From the NCBI GenBank assembly GCA_963717515.1, contig OY970338.1, positions 1,595,593 through 1,659,592 on the forward strand: 64,000 bases of DNA. The letters are read 5' to 3'. A program made the translations under genes and the position numbers. Shown in pieces: positions 9,701 through 18,837 of this stretch. The notes under the pieces were generated by a model, which searched no databases, was not told the DNA's origin, and was given only the letters and a program-made list of their open reading frames with translations. The DNA comes from an uncultured Candidatus Woesearchaeota archaeon (GTDB taxonomy: Archaea > Nanobdellota > Nanobdellia > Woesearchaeales > DSVV01). Numbering within the stretch: position 1 is the first letter of the stretch; every line of letters begins with the position of its first letter.

Positions 9701-11051
9701 CCGGCCTGCCGAGGTCATCATAGAAAATAACAGGCAGTATGTCATATCCAGCCGTGGGAAAAGGTATCCTCTTGCGCATAAGGATGTCACCCTTCTTCTC
9801 CCTACGATGGGCAGGATAGGGGTCGAGGGGTTCGCAGCTGCGTTCAGGTCTCTCGGCATCAATGCAAAGGCTTTGCCTGAATCAGACATGGATGTCCTGA
9901 TGCGGGGCAGGGCAAACACGACATGCAAGGAATGCCTGCCTATGCAGCTCACCACAGGGAGCATGCTCAAGTATATCGACGAGAAGAAGAGAAAGGATGA
10001 GGTCATGGTCTTCTTCATGCCTGCGTCAAGCGGGCCGTGCAGGTTCGGCCAGTACAATGTATTCATGAGGAACCTGATAAGGAAGAACAGGCTCAGCGAT
10101 GTCGCTGTCCTCACCCTGTCTGACAGGGACAATTATGCAGGCTTCGGCATGAAGTTCCTGATACTTGCCTGGAAGACGATGATGGTCTCAGATGTCATGA
10201 CAGACATCAGAAACACCCTCAGGGCGATTGCAAATGACAGGAAAACAGCTCTTGCTACTTTCGAGGCTGAATGGGAGAAGCTAAAGAAGGCCATCACCAG
10301 CAATGACGGCAGGGGCCTGACAGACCAGATAAGGAAGAGCTCGGACGCCCTGAGCAAGATACCCCTGAAGATCCCGTTCAAGAAGGCGAACAAGGTGGCG
10401 CTTGTCGGCGAGATATACGTGCGCCAGGACGAGCTTTCAAGACAGAAGCTCATCGGTAAGCTCGCAGACAGGGGGATAATCGTGAAGATTGCGCCGGTCG
10501 CAGAATTCATCTATTACATCAATTACCTCTCGAGGCTCAAGATCCTCGAGGGCTCAAGGACAGACATGGCAAAGATGCTCGAGCTTAATCTCACTTACGG
10601 GTACCAGAACTACCAGGAGAGAAAGATCAAGAGGCTCTTCGAGAGGTCCGGGCTGTACGAGTTTGAGATGATAGACATCCCGAAGACCATCAGCCATGCC
10701 AGACATCTCATGTCGCGCAGGTTCACAGGCGAAGCCATACTGACGACAGGGCTTGCGCTCAGGGAGGTCCTCCATTCTGCGACAGGCGTCATATCCATAG
10801 GCCCTTTCGGCTGCATGCCGTCCAGGGTTGCTGAGGCCCTGCTCACTGAGGAGATGACCCTTGAAGGCAAGATCAAAGCATCCGGGAACAGGGATTACAT
10901 GCAGATGTATGATGGGCTCTCTAACCTCCCCTTCCTGGCTATAGAGACAGACGGAAACCCGTATCCGCAGGTAATTGAAGCAAGGATTGAGACATTCTGC
11001 CTGCAGTCAGAAAGGGTCCATATGAAGAGGCTCAGGCATACAGCTCATTGA
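6786..11051 (+). CDS. Acyl-CoA dehydratase activase fusion (two ASKHA/BadF-BcrA ATPase domains plus 2-hydroxyacyl-CoA dehydratase-like region)
   Basis: GNKCASGTG, GLDVGSTTTK, EIGGQDAK, MNEACSAGTGSF, NFSCGPDS, GPCRFGQY, PFGCMP. Confidence 0.85.
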   Translation: MKALGICLGASSIGIVRMKDGKIIGAENIPHEGNPKKLLLEKLGQIGLQDYDYAGVTGRKFREFVNLPKITEPEATEYAYEYIRKRRDFSAIVSAGGETFIVYTLDTHGKIANVYTGNKCASGTGEFFLQQIRRMDLNVDEAVKLAKMEKPHRVTGRCSVFCKSDCTHALNKGVPKGEVAAGLCEMMAKKISELLSKAPKGDILIVGGTAKNSVVMDFLKKDVPGVHIPKEAEYFEALGAAIWSEKTKAKPKNYKSILKKGTSSFSFHRPLSEYRDMVVFEKFTKGEAEEGDECIIGLDVGSTTTKAVLLRTSDNAVVADCYLRTNGNPVKASRDCYNELSSQVDKKISIIGLGVTGSGRHIAGLHALTKGIINEIIAHATAAVYFDKDVDTIFEIGGQDAKYTYITNSVPSDYAMNEACSAGTGSFLEESAKESLNIDYRDIGDIGFQAKHPPNFNDQCAAFISSDIKTAFHEGISKEDVVAGLVYSICLNYGNRVKGNRQVGKKVFMQGGVCYNKAVPVAMAALTGKNIIVPPEPGLMGAFGVALEIKDRLALGIMERQEFDLNELEKRDVEYGKSFICAGGKEKCDRKCEIMTIRILGKTYPFGGACDKYYNQRLNIENDPGRLDLVKQRQDMVFGRYASYRPKLPKDAKSIGINRSFLTNTFYPLYYNFFTRLGMRVMLSEQVLEKGTDRKSAAFCYPAEISHGLFQDLIDKKPDYIFLPVLTGTPVKSGNLLKKTCVFVQAEHAYLQTAFKNHGIGIIRPVLDFSRGFEGQKKIFNGIAEELGFNTEEAGEAFDSAIGQQEAYQKEAERLGKKAIRELEKDPDKTAVILFGRSYNAFAGEANMGIPHKFATRGSLVIPSDFIPYGKEDGFPSMYWAQGQQNLMAAEYVKKHPQLYGAFVTNFSCGPDSFLISYFRDIMGIKPSLTLELDSHTADAGLNTRIDAFLDIVKSFRELEKQKKIREKKSDFRPAEVIIENNRQYVISSRGKRYPLAHKDVTLLLPTMGRIGVEGFAAAFRSLGINAKALPESDMDVLMRGRANTTCKECLPMQLTTGSMLKYIDEKKRKDEVMVFFMPASSGPCRFGQYNVFMRNLIRKNRLSDVAVLTLSDRDNYAGFGMKFLILAWKTMMVSDVMTDIRNTLRAIANDRKTALATFEAEWEKLKKAITSNDGRGLTDQIRKSSDALSKIPLKIPFKKANKVALVGEIYVRQDELSRQKLIGKLADRGIIVKIAPVAEFIYYINYLSRLKILEGSRTDMAKMLELNLTYGYQNYQERKIKRLFERSGLYEFEMIDIPKTISHARHLMSRRFTGEAILTTGLALREVLHSATGVISIGPFGCMPSRVAEALLTEEMTLEGKIKASGNRDYMQMYDGLSNLPFLAIETDGNPYPQVIEARIETFCLQSERVHMKRLRHTAH

Positions 11052-11053
11052 CG

Positions 11054-12133
11054 TCATGCCTTAGCTGCAGCTTCTTTCTTCAGATGCAGGGGCAGGGTGA
11101 AATAGAATTCCGAGCCCTTACCAGGCTCGCTCCTGACACCTATCCTTCCCCTGTGGCCCTCCACTATCTTTCTCGCTATGGCAAGCCCAAGGCCGGTGCT
11201 CTTCTCTCCTCCCGTGGCTTTGCAGTGCCCTCTCTGGAATTCTCTGAACACCTTATCCCTGTCTTCAGGCTTTATCCCCGGTCCATGGTCCTTCACCATC
11301 GTGACCAGGTCATCGTCCTTGATGTTTGCTGAAATCTCCACATTCGAGCCCGGCTCAGAGTAGTTGACTGCATTGGATATGAGGTTGTTGAGCACCTGCG
11401 TCAACTTCCCCCTATCAAACATGATGTCTGGGAGCCCCTCGTCAGTTTTTAGCCTGATTCTTATCCTCTTCCTGCTTGCAAGGATCCTGTTCACGTCGAC
11501 ATTGTCCCTGAGGAAGGATGCGTAATCGTTCCTGGTCATGTTCAGCTGGATGTTTCCTGACTCTATCTTGGATATGTCCAGCAGGTCTTCTACAAGCCTT
11601 AGCATGAAGCTGCTTGAGTCCTTGATGATGTTCAGGATCCTGACCTGGTGCTCCTTGAGCCCCGACTCCCTGTCCTGGAGCAGGTACAAGGAATACATCT
11701 GGATAATCCCGATGGGATTCCTGAGGTCATGGGCCGCTATGCCTATGAACCGGTTCAGGGCCTGGTTGAGCTCCCTGAGATTTTTGCTCTGGACCTTCTC
11801 CTTCTCGACAGAAAGCTTAAGCCTTGCCACAGTGATTCCTACTACCAGGAATATGAGCAGCCTGACAAACGAGTTCCAGTAAAGCAGGTAGATATGGGGG
11901 TAGGGATAGCCAATCTTTGCAAACATCCATTCGAAAGCTTCGACGACAGAGATGATGACACTGCCCGGGTACCCGAACGTGAGCCCGGCAAGCATGACTG
12001 GTATGAGATAGAATATCGAGAACCCGAGGTCTACACCTGTCAGGTAGTCAGCTGCCCCGATGGTGACTGCTGAGGAGAGAATAATAAGTCCAGTTATTAT
12101 CTTTGTCTTTTTGAGTTTCAGCCTATAGCTCAT
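11054..12133 (-). CDS. Membrane-bound sensor histidine kinase
   Basis: Several N-terminal TM segments; H-box AAHDLRNP; NLISNA, DHGPGI and TGLGL boxes. Confidence 0.92.
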   Translation of the reverse strand: MSYRLKLKKTKIITGLIILSSAVTIGAADYLTGVDLGFSIFYLIPVMLAGLTFGYPGSVIISVVEAFEWMFAKIGYPYPHIYLLYWNSFVRLLIFLVVGITVARLKLSVEKEKVQSKNLRELNQALNRFIGIAAHDLRNPIGIIQMYSLYLLQDRESGLKEHQVRILNIIKDSSSFMLRLVEDLLDISKIESGNIQLNMTRNDYASFLRDNVDVNRILASRKRIRIRLKTDEGLPDIMFDRGKLTQVLNNLISNAVNYSEPGSNVEISANIKDDDLVTMVKDHGPGIKPEDRDKVFREFQRGHCKATGGEKSTGLGLAIARKIVEGHRGRIGVRSEPGKGSEFYFTLPLHLKKEAAAKA

Positions 12134-12305
12134 CTTTATCGACTTTTGGGTGCCTCTTCCCTGGCCATATTAATCATCCTTTTTATTTAAAATCTTCGCA
12201 GAGTCCCTGCAATCCTGAATCTGCATCATGTTTTTTCAGAAGGAGAGGCTCTGCAGGGGCTGGCTTGAGAAACCTTTATAAATAATACTCTTCTCTCCAA
12301 ATATC

Positions 12306-12578
12306 ATGACCCAGATGAAGCTGAGAAAGGAGCTTGATGAATATATGGAAAAAAGAACGACAAAGCAGCCCTCCAAGAATTTCATCAAGGATTATTTCAA
12401 GAGGCGGGAGTTTTCAGAGAAGCACAAGACCATAGGCGAGCATCAGATTCAGTCGCTCGGTGAGCTCCACCAGCAGGATGTCGTGATACTCGAGCCTGAG
12501 CCGAATTTCTTCAGGATGCTGCATGACAAGATTTTGGATTTTTTCAGGGGCTCAAAGAAAAAGAAAGGCAGGGATTAG
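12306..12578 (+). CDS. Hypothetical protein
   Basis: ORF preceded by TTTATAAA; basic C-terminus. Confidence 0.6.
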   Translation: MTQMKLRKELDEYMEKRTTKQPSKNFIKDYFKRREFSEKHKTIGEHQIQSLGELHQQDVVILEPEPNFFRMLHDKILDFFRGSKKKKGRD

Positions 12579-12580
12579 GA

Positions 12581-13180
12581 CTAGTGGCAGGAAAGCGCCG
12601 TGTCATACATATGGAAGCTCATGAGCAGGTTGAACTTGCTTGCGTATTTCCAGAATTCGTATCTCTCTTTTGAGCTCGGATCAACATGATTGTGGCCGCC
12701 ATGCATGAATGCATTCATCTGCATGCTCCTGACAAGATCTTTTCTCTCTTTGTAATTGATTATCTCCTCGCCCCATGAAAAATTTCTCTCGCTTCTGCTT
12801 TCTGCAGCAGAATAGAATTCATAGGCAGACTTTGCCTGTGTAGTGACTCTCAGGTAATCTGCATGGAACTGCCTGTATAGTTCGGTATGCCTTGCATAAT
12901 CCTCCTCAAGCGATAGTCCAGGCTTGATATCCTTTATTGTGTCAGGCTCATCGTCCTTGTTCCTATCAGGCTTCTTTATCTTATTCTCTAGGCCTTTGGA
13001 ATCTTTTTTCCTGCCCTGTTTTGATTCATCCCTGATGAGCTGCTCGAGGTGGACAGGTCTTTGCTGCAATCGTGCAATCTCATCGCTTATCTCATCAGCT
13101 CCCTGCTGGATGAACATCTCAGGCCAGACAGCCGGAGCGATACTCATGTTTTCAAGCTCGGATATCAAAATACCTGTCAT
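12581..13180 (-). CDS. Hypothetical protein
   Basis: Long ORF with host-like codon usage; start uncertain (13180 or 13225). Confidence 0.6.
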   Translation of the reverse strand: MTGILISELENMSIAPAVWPEMFIQQGADEISDEIARLQQRPVHLEQLIRDESKQGRKKDSKGLENKIKKPDRNKDDEPDTIKDIKPGLSLEEDYARHTELYRQFHADYLRVTTQAKSAYEFYSAAESRSERNFSWGEEIINYKERKDLVRSMQMNAFMHGGHNHVDPSSKERYEFWKYASKFNLLMSFHMYDTALSCH

Positions 13181-13233
13181 GTCCCTCTCTTTTATTTCTG
13201 CATTCACGATAAAACTGAAATACATGATTGTTT

Positions 13234-13350
13234 TTAAAGATTTAGGTTGGCAGGCTTTGGTTCCTTATATTTCAGGATCCTCATTCCATTGCTGTGCTCT
13301 CTGACAATCTCTTCCCATTCCTCCCGGGTCACGATGTTAATCTCAAGCAT
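13234..13350 (-). CDS. Putative 38-aa small protein (MLEINIVTREEWEEIVREHSNGMRILKYKEPKPANLNL)
   Basis: Translated by hand; TTTAAAAA about 25 nt upstream; below the ORF-track size cutoff. Confidence 0.4.
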   Translation of the reverse strand: MLEINIVTREEWEEIVREHSNGMRILKYKEPKPANLNL

Positions 13351-13507
13351 TGAATGAGGTCGAGACTCATCCTTTTTAAATTCGATTGAGAAAATCTATA
13401 ATTATTTCCGGTGGATACGGAAAGTTTCCATCGGATTGTTTGATGTTCCGGTTCATGTGATGGGACTTTGCAATATCTTTATATATCTGACATTGTCCTT
13501 GCATGTC

Positions 13508-14077
13508 ATGAAACTTGGTAAAGAGGCAGAGAGCATGCTTATGGAGACAGCATCAAGGCTCATGGAGAAGTCCCGGCCGGGCTGGAGCATACCCCATCTG
13601 AATGCGGCAGTGCACTATATGAAGGAACTGATAAAAACAGAAGGGGGCAATGAGAAAATTCTCCTTCCGGCGATAATCCTGCATGACATCGGCTACGCAG
13701 GGATGCTGGAGTCAGAATACACATTTGAGGAGATTAAGGGCGTGAAATCAGACCACATGGAAGCCGGGGCCAAGATGGCAGGAGCCATCCTTGCAGATGT
13801 TGGCAATATTTCTGAAAAAGAGGCATCAGAAATCTGCAGGCTGATAGGAATACATGATAACCTTGAAGAGATCAAAGGCCGCAATGCCCAGCTTGTCTTT
13901 GAGGCTGACTCTCTCGCCCAGGTCGACAGGGACATGGTGAAGCCGAATTTCGACAGGAAGAATTACCTCCGGTTCATCGAGGATTTCAAAAAGAAAAGAG
14001 TGCCCATGTTCAGGACAAAGACCGGGAAAGACCTGCTTGAAAATCTCATGCCGAAAGCTGAGAAATATCTTGATTAG
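13508..14077 (+). CDS. HD-domain phosphohydrolase
   Basis: H...ILHDIGY...DH...IHD...EAD motifs. Confidence 0.85.
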   Translation: MKLGKEAESMLMETASRLMEKSRPGWSIPHLNAAVHYMKELIKTEGGNEKILLPAIILHDIGYAGMLESEYTFEEIKGVKSDHMEAGAKMAGAILADVGNISEKEASEICRLIGIHDNLEEIKGRNAQLVFEADSLAQVDRDMVKPNFDRKNYLRFIEDFKKKRVPMFRTKTGKDLLENLMPKAEKYLD

Positions 14078-14640
14078 TCCAGGCTGAATGGAAACTGCAA
14101 AAGGACACTAGGCTTTCCCATGGCATCTTCCAGGCTTTTCGCTTCTACGAGATCAGCTGCCCATTCATCTACAAACCCGTCCTTGAGGTTATCCTGATAG
14201 TTTTTCCATCTGTACCTGCGGGCAGCCCTTTGGCGGAGCATCCTTGAGAACCTGTCCTCTTTTGCCCTGGTCCTCTTCTCCAAGCAGGATGCCTGCACAA
14301 GATGCTCAGGAAGCTTCAATATCAGGATGTCAAATAATGTGGGATCCTTTCTGAGCACGGTCTCCTCCAGGCGCATGGTGTCCATGTTCAGGCTCCATTG
14401 GTATACCCAGTCATCCCTCAGCATGTACTTGATTATCCCTGCATCATCATGGAAATTCTTACTCCCGAATATGTGGACCATGTTGCCCTCAACCCTCATA
14501 GGGTCGAATGCCTGATACTTCCTGAGCTCCCTTACTGCCATGTAGGCATCAGGCCTGCCATCCCTCAGCTGCCTGACAGCGCTGATGGGAAAAGAATAGA
14601 CATCAGATGCATGGTTCGGGATCGTGTCGATGTATGCCAT
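14074..14640 (-). CDS. Hypothetical protein
   Basis: ORF with upstream TATA-like TTTAATATA; no motif recognised. Confidence 0.55.
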   Translation of the reverse strand: MAYIDTIPNHASDVYSFPISAVRQLRDGRPDAYMAVRELRKYQAFDPMRVEGNMVHIFGSKNFHDDAGIIKYMLRDDWVYQWSLNMDTMRLEETVLRKDPTLFDILILKLPEHLVQASCLEKRTRAKEDRFSRMLRQRAARRYRWKNYQDNLKDGFVDEWAADLVEAKSLEDAMGKPSVLLQFPFSLD

Positions 14641-14690
14641 CAGACTGGGGTTTTGATGCAGAATATATTAAATCTACTGTTTGCGTGAGT

Positions 14691-15089
14691 TCAGGGATCC
14701 TTCAGCGCCGGAAGCTTCAGGTCCTTGTTGAAATACAGGTCACGGAGCACATAGACCAAAACCTGCCTTGTTCCGTTTACCAGCCCCGGCTGGTTCAGCA
14801 TCTTCTCCACTCCCTCAGATGCAGACTTGTATCTCGCCAGCTCATCATCGGCTACTGAAGAACCGGCCATGATCTCAAGGGGGACTCCTATATGATAATC
14901 CATGTCATTGACTCTGTACTTCCTCAGGATGCGGGCGATGAATAAGATGTCATCACCTGCAGGCTCCAGGCTTTTTTTTGCATCATCTTTTGCAATAGCA
15001 TACAAAGCCCTGAACTTAGCCTGGTCATACACCTTTGTGAAATAATCAGTTATATCTTTTATTTCTGTCATGATCAAGGGATGCTTCAT
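14691..15089 (-). CDS. Hypothetical protein
   Basis: ORF with upstream TTTTATATA; no motif recognised. Confidence 0.55.
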   Translation of the reverse strand: MKHPLIMTEIKDITDYFTKVYDQAKFRALYAIAKDDAKKSLEPAGDDILFIARILRKYRVNDMDYHIGVPLEIMAGSSVADDELARYKSASEGVEKMLNQPGLVNGTRQVLVYVLRDLYFNKDLKLPALKDP

Positions 15090-15142
15090 CTGTATATAAA
15101 ACCTTTATTTAAACAATCAAAAATGGAAAAAGAAAAAGCAAA

Positions 15143-16405
15143 TCAGGTGCCTTCCTGCCAGGACTCGCTGTACTTCTTCTGCTCAGGGGTCATCTCATCG
15201 AATTCGATGCCCATGGCATTGAGCTGCAGCCTCGCAATCTCCTCGTCCTTCTCAGGCGGGAGCACATACACTTTCGGCTCGAGCTTTCCCCTGTTCTTCA
15301 CGAGGAATTCGCAGGCGAATGATTGGTTTATGAATGACATCGCCATGATGGTCGAAGGATGACCCTCTGCAGCAGCAAGGTTTATCAGCCGTGCCTCGCC
15401 GAGGATGAAGAGCCGCTTCCCATACAGGGTGTATTCATCCATGAAAGGCCTGATATTCCTGGACTTCTCTGCCTCTCTCTTCAGGCCGTTGACATTGACC
15501 TCAGCATCGAAATGCCCTGAGTTGCACATTATTGCCCCGTCTTTCATGAGCTTCATATGCGGGACGTCAATCACGTTCTTGTTGCCTGTGACTGTCACGA
15601 ATATGTCGCCGATGGCAGCTGCCTTCTTTATGGGCATGACCCTGAATCCGTCCATGGCTGCCTGCAATGCGCGGAATGGGTCTACCTCTGTGACAATGAC
15701 ATTCGCGTCCATGCCAAGAGCCCTCTTGGCGACGCCTTTTCCACACTCGCCGTATCCACAGACGACGAATGCCTTTCCCGCGATGAGAACGTTTGTTGCG
15801 CGCAGGATACCGTCAATGGTGCTCTGGCCTGTGCCTTTCAGGTTGTCCATCAGATGCTTTGTAGATGCCTCGTTGACTGCAACAATCGGATATCTCAGGG
15901 CCTTGTCCTTTTCCATCGCCCGGAGCCTTATGACACCTGTCGTCGTCTCCTCAGCGCCGCCGATGATATCCTTTATGAGCTGCGGGTGCTTGGTATGTAT
16001 CTCTGAGACAAGGTCGCAGCCGTCGTCGATGGTTATCTGCGGCTTCTCTTTTATGACGTTCGTGAGATACCTGTAATAATCCTCTTTTGTCTCGCCCTTG
16101 TATGCCCATATCTTGACGCCTTCTTCAGCCAGGGCGGAAGCGACATCATCCTGGGTGCTGAGCGGGTTGCATCCTGTTATCGATACTTCTGCACCGCCGG
16201 CGATAAGCGTCCTTACAAGGACAGCAGTCTCTTTTGTGACGTGGAGCGCCATCCCCACCTTTATGCCTTTCAAGGGCTTCTCTTTTCTGAACCTCTCCCT
16301 CACTTCAAGAAGTGCACCCATCTGCATCTCTGCCCACTCGATATTCTTCTTTCCCTGTTCTGAAAGCTTCATGTCCTTCACTTCAAAAGTTTCTGCCTTG
16401 TCCAT
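15143..16405 (-). CDS. ahcY: Adenosylhomocysteinase
   Basis: CNPLSTQD, DDGCDL, EETTTG, GYGECGKG, NSGHFD, NLAAAEGHP. Confidence 0.97.
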   Translation of the reverse strand: MDKAETFEVKDMKLSEQGKKNIEWAEMQMGALLEVRERFRKEKPLKGIKVGMALHVTKETAVLVRTLIAGGAEVSITGCNPLSTQDDVASALAEEGVKIWAYKGETKEDYYRYLTNVIKEKPQITIDDGCDLVSEIHTKHPQLIKDIIGGAEETTTGVIRLRAMEKDKALRYPIVAVNEASTKHLMDNLKGTGQSTIDGILRATNVLIAGKAFVVCGYGECGKGVAKRALGMDANVIVTEVDPFRALQAAMDGFRVMPIKKAAAIGDIFVTVTGNKNVIDVPHMKLMKDGAIMCNSGHFDAEVNVNGLKREAEKSRNIRPFMDEYTLYGKRLFILGEARLINLAAAEGHPSTIMAMSFINQSFACEFLVKNRGKLEPKVYVLPPEKDEEIARLQLNAMGIEFDEMTPEQKKYSESWQEGT

Positions 16406-16406
16406 C

Positions 16407-17069
16407 TTAACCTCCTGTATTGGTGAATCTCAGTATCTTCAGCTTTTTCTCGATTGCAAACCTTCTCATCTTCCTTTTCGGGTTGACTGCTGAAGGGTTT
16501 CCGACAACCCCGAGCATCGCGATGTCCGTGTTGTTGTCTGAGTATGCATAGCAGTCCTTCAGGTCAATGCCATTCTTCTTGGCAAAATCAATCATATATA
16601 AGACTTTGTTCTTGCCGTAGCAGATATCCTTGCTCTTTCCTGTGATTATGCCTTTTTTTGTCTCCAGGGTGCTTGCTATCAGCCTGTCGACCTTCACATG
16701 CTCCCTGATTCTTGAGACCATCAGGTCGAGGGAATTCGTGACGATCACGACAAGATGGCCCTTTTTTTTGTGCTCTTCTATGAGCCTTACAGCATCCCTG
16801 TATATCCTCCTGCTTATGCTCTTCTCAAAGAAACGGTCGCAGATTTCCCTCATGTCTGATTCCTTCCTTCCTTTGAGGAAATCATATATGTCCTCGAAGA
16901 ACCTGTAAGGGTCGCTCTTTCCCACAAAGTAGAACATGAAGCGGCAGAGTATCCTGAAAGCATTGAAGAACGAGACCTCTCCTGAGAAGAACAGGTGGAC
17001 TGTGGTCCTCATCCCGCTGTTGCCTTTGATTATTGTATCGTCAAGGTCGAAGAATGCAGCCCTTTTCAT
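16407..17069 (-). CDS. HAD-IB (SerB-like) phosphatase
   Basis: AFFDLDDT, VTNS, YSDNNTD, AVNP. Confidence 0.85.
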   Translation of the reverse strand: MKRAAFFDLDDTIIKGNSGMRTTVHLFFSGEVSFFNAFRILCRFMFYFVGKSDPYRFFEDIYDFLKGRKESDMREICDRFFEKSISRRIYRDAVRLIEEHKKKGHLVVIVTNSLDLMVSRIREHVKVDRLIASTLETKKGIITGKSKDICYGKNKVLYMIDFAKKNGIDLKDCYAYSDNNTDIAMLGVVGNPSAVNPKRKMRRFAIEKKLKILRFTNTGG

Positions 17070-17145
17070 GGGAAATTGAATCATCATGGGATTTATATAT
17101 TTTGCGCAGGGAATGTTTATTAAACAAGAGCGATTTCCCGCCATC

Positions 17146-17796
17146 ATGCTCTACATCGTATCCACACCCATCGGCAACCTGAAGGACATCACGCTCCGGG
17201 CGCTTGACATAATGAAAGAGGCCGACCTCATCGCAGCTGAGGACACGAGAAGGACAGGCATCCTGCTTAAGCATCACGGCATAAAGAACAGGATGCTCTC
17301 GTACAATGACCACAACAGGCAGAGGAGGATACCTACTCTGCTCAAGCTCCTCAAGGAAGGTAAGAATGTCGCCCTTGTCTCTGATTCTGGCACACCAGGG
17401 ATATCAGACCCGGGCTACAATCTCATCAATGAGGCGATAGAGAACAATATCCCTGTATCGCCCATACCCGGCCCGACAGCTGCAATATCAGCGCTGGTCT
17501 GCTCAGGCCTGCCCGCTGACGCATTCGAGTTCCACGGCTTTCTGCCGAAGAAGGATGGAAAGAAAACCGAACTGCTCAAAAACATAAAAAAGACAGCCAT
17601 ATTCTATGAGAGCCCGCACAGGATAGCAAAGACGCTCCTTCTCCTGCAGAAGACCATCCCTGAAGCAAAAGTCTGCATCGCAAGGGAGCTCACGAAGAAG
17701 TTCGAGGAATTCATCAGGGGAAAGCCCGGTGAAATAATCAAACAAATAGGCGATAAAGAACTCAAAGGAGAGATTGTCCTGGTAATCTATGGATAG
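17146..17796 (+). CDS. rsmI: 16S rRNA (cytidine1402-2'-O)-methyltransferase
   Basis: [53 protein letters not shown]. Confidence 0.93.
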   Translation: MLYIVSTPIGNLKDITLRALDIMKEADLIAAEDTRRTGILLKHHGIKNRMLSYNDHNRQRRIPTLLKLLKEGKNVALVSDSGTPGISDPGYNLINEAIENNIPVSPIPGPTAAISALVCSGLPADAFEFHGFLPKKDGKKTELLKNIKKTAIFYESPHRIAKTLLLLQKTIPEAKVCIARELTKKFEEFIRGKPGEIIKQIGDKELKGEIVLVIYG

Positions 17797-18713
17797 AGAT
17801 AGACCCTTTCTGTGCTGATGACATCAGGGGAGACGAACTGCGTAAGCGTCGGGGTCCCTATCTTCGGGATGAAGTTGAGCCTTACCTGCTCATCCTCTGT
17901 GATATCTCCGGGAGCTTCAAAGCACAGCCTGATTATGTCGCCTCTCTGCAGGTTCCCTGCGACGTGGTTTGTCCCTTCCTGCTCATACACTACTGTGAAA
18001 TATCCCTCTCCGACCTTGTAGGGTGTCACTTCAAATGTCATGTTGCCCTGGATGGTATCTGTTATCCATGTCGTGCCGGTCACTGTCACATAGGCGAATG
18101 TGGTGGTCCCGTTCGTCAGTGATGCATCAGTTATTGCTACAGTCACATTGGTCGTCCCGACACCGAATGTGATGTTCGTGCCCAGGCTGACATTGTAGAG
18201 CCCCTGGCTGCTGAGGTTGAATACGAGGAATGTACTGTGAGTATAGACATAATCATCCAGGCCGTCGTCGTCAAGGTCCTCTGCCAGCTTATAACTGTCA
18301 GCTGTGTTATCGACATCAGTGTCTATCTTCTCAAGGTTCCAGGTGTTGAAACCATTGATATTGTTCTTCTCGCAGATCCCGTCTGTGCCTTTATATTTCA
18401 GCGTAGAAGTCTTGTCCATCGTGTTGAAAGTGAATATGACCTGGTCAATCTTGATCGGGTCTGAACCAGGGGAGAGCTTCACAATCTGCTCAAAGTCAGT
18501 GAGGTTTCCGTCCCTTCCGTCGGTTGCACTGACCTCGATTACCCTTGCATTGGTGGATATCTGGCTCTTTGCCTGCTCGCCTGTCGAGAGGCTCTTCTCC
18601 TGGAGCGAGCCTGCTGTCTGGATCAGAACACCAGCTGCGACTGCAGCGACAAGAAGCATGGCAATGAATACAATCAGGGTTCCGACGCCCATCTCACCTT
18701 TTTTATCTTGCAT
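17787..18713 (-). CDS. flaB: Archaellin (archaeal flagellin)
   Basis: Class III signal [37 protein letters not shown]; large variable middle region. Confidence 0.85.
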   Translation of the reverse strand: MQDKKGEMGVGTLIVFIAMLLVAAVAAGVLIQTAGSLQEKSLSTGEQAKSQISTNARVIEVSATDGRDGNLTDFEQIVKLSPGSDPIKIDQVIFTFNTMDKTSTLKYKGTDGICEKNNINGFNTWNLEKIDTDVDNTADSYKLAEDLDDDGLDDYVYTHSTFLVFNLSSQGLYNVSLGTNITFGVGTTNVTVAITDASLTNGTTTFAYVTVTGTTWITDTIQGNMTFEVTPYKVGEGYFTVVYEQEGTNHVAGNLQRGDIIRLCFEAPGDITEDEQVRLNFIPKIGTPTLTQFVSPDVISTERVYLYP

Positions 18714-18837
18714 TTTAAAAAAATATATTGGTATACGGATTTATGAAGTATCTGGTATATAAACTTTTCGATAATTTACAATATATTTGAATTGCCCATT
18801 GGAAAATATTTTAAAGCTTGGGTGGTTTATCGATGCC

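Noticed and set aside
12195..12265. Inverted complementarity (AGTCCCTGCA/TGCAGGGGCT) between divergent promoters
   Set aside because: Short, dependent on a G-U pair, and without a recognisable RNA family.
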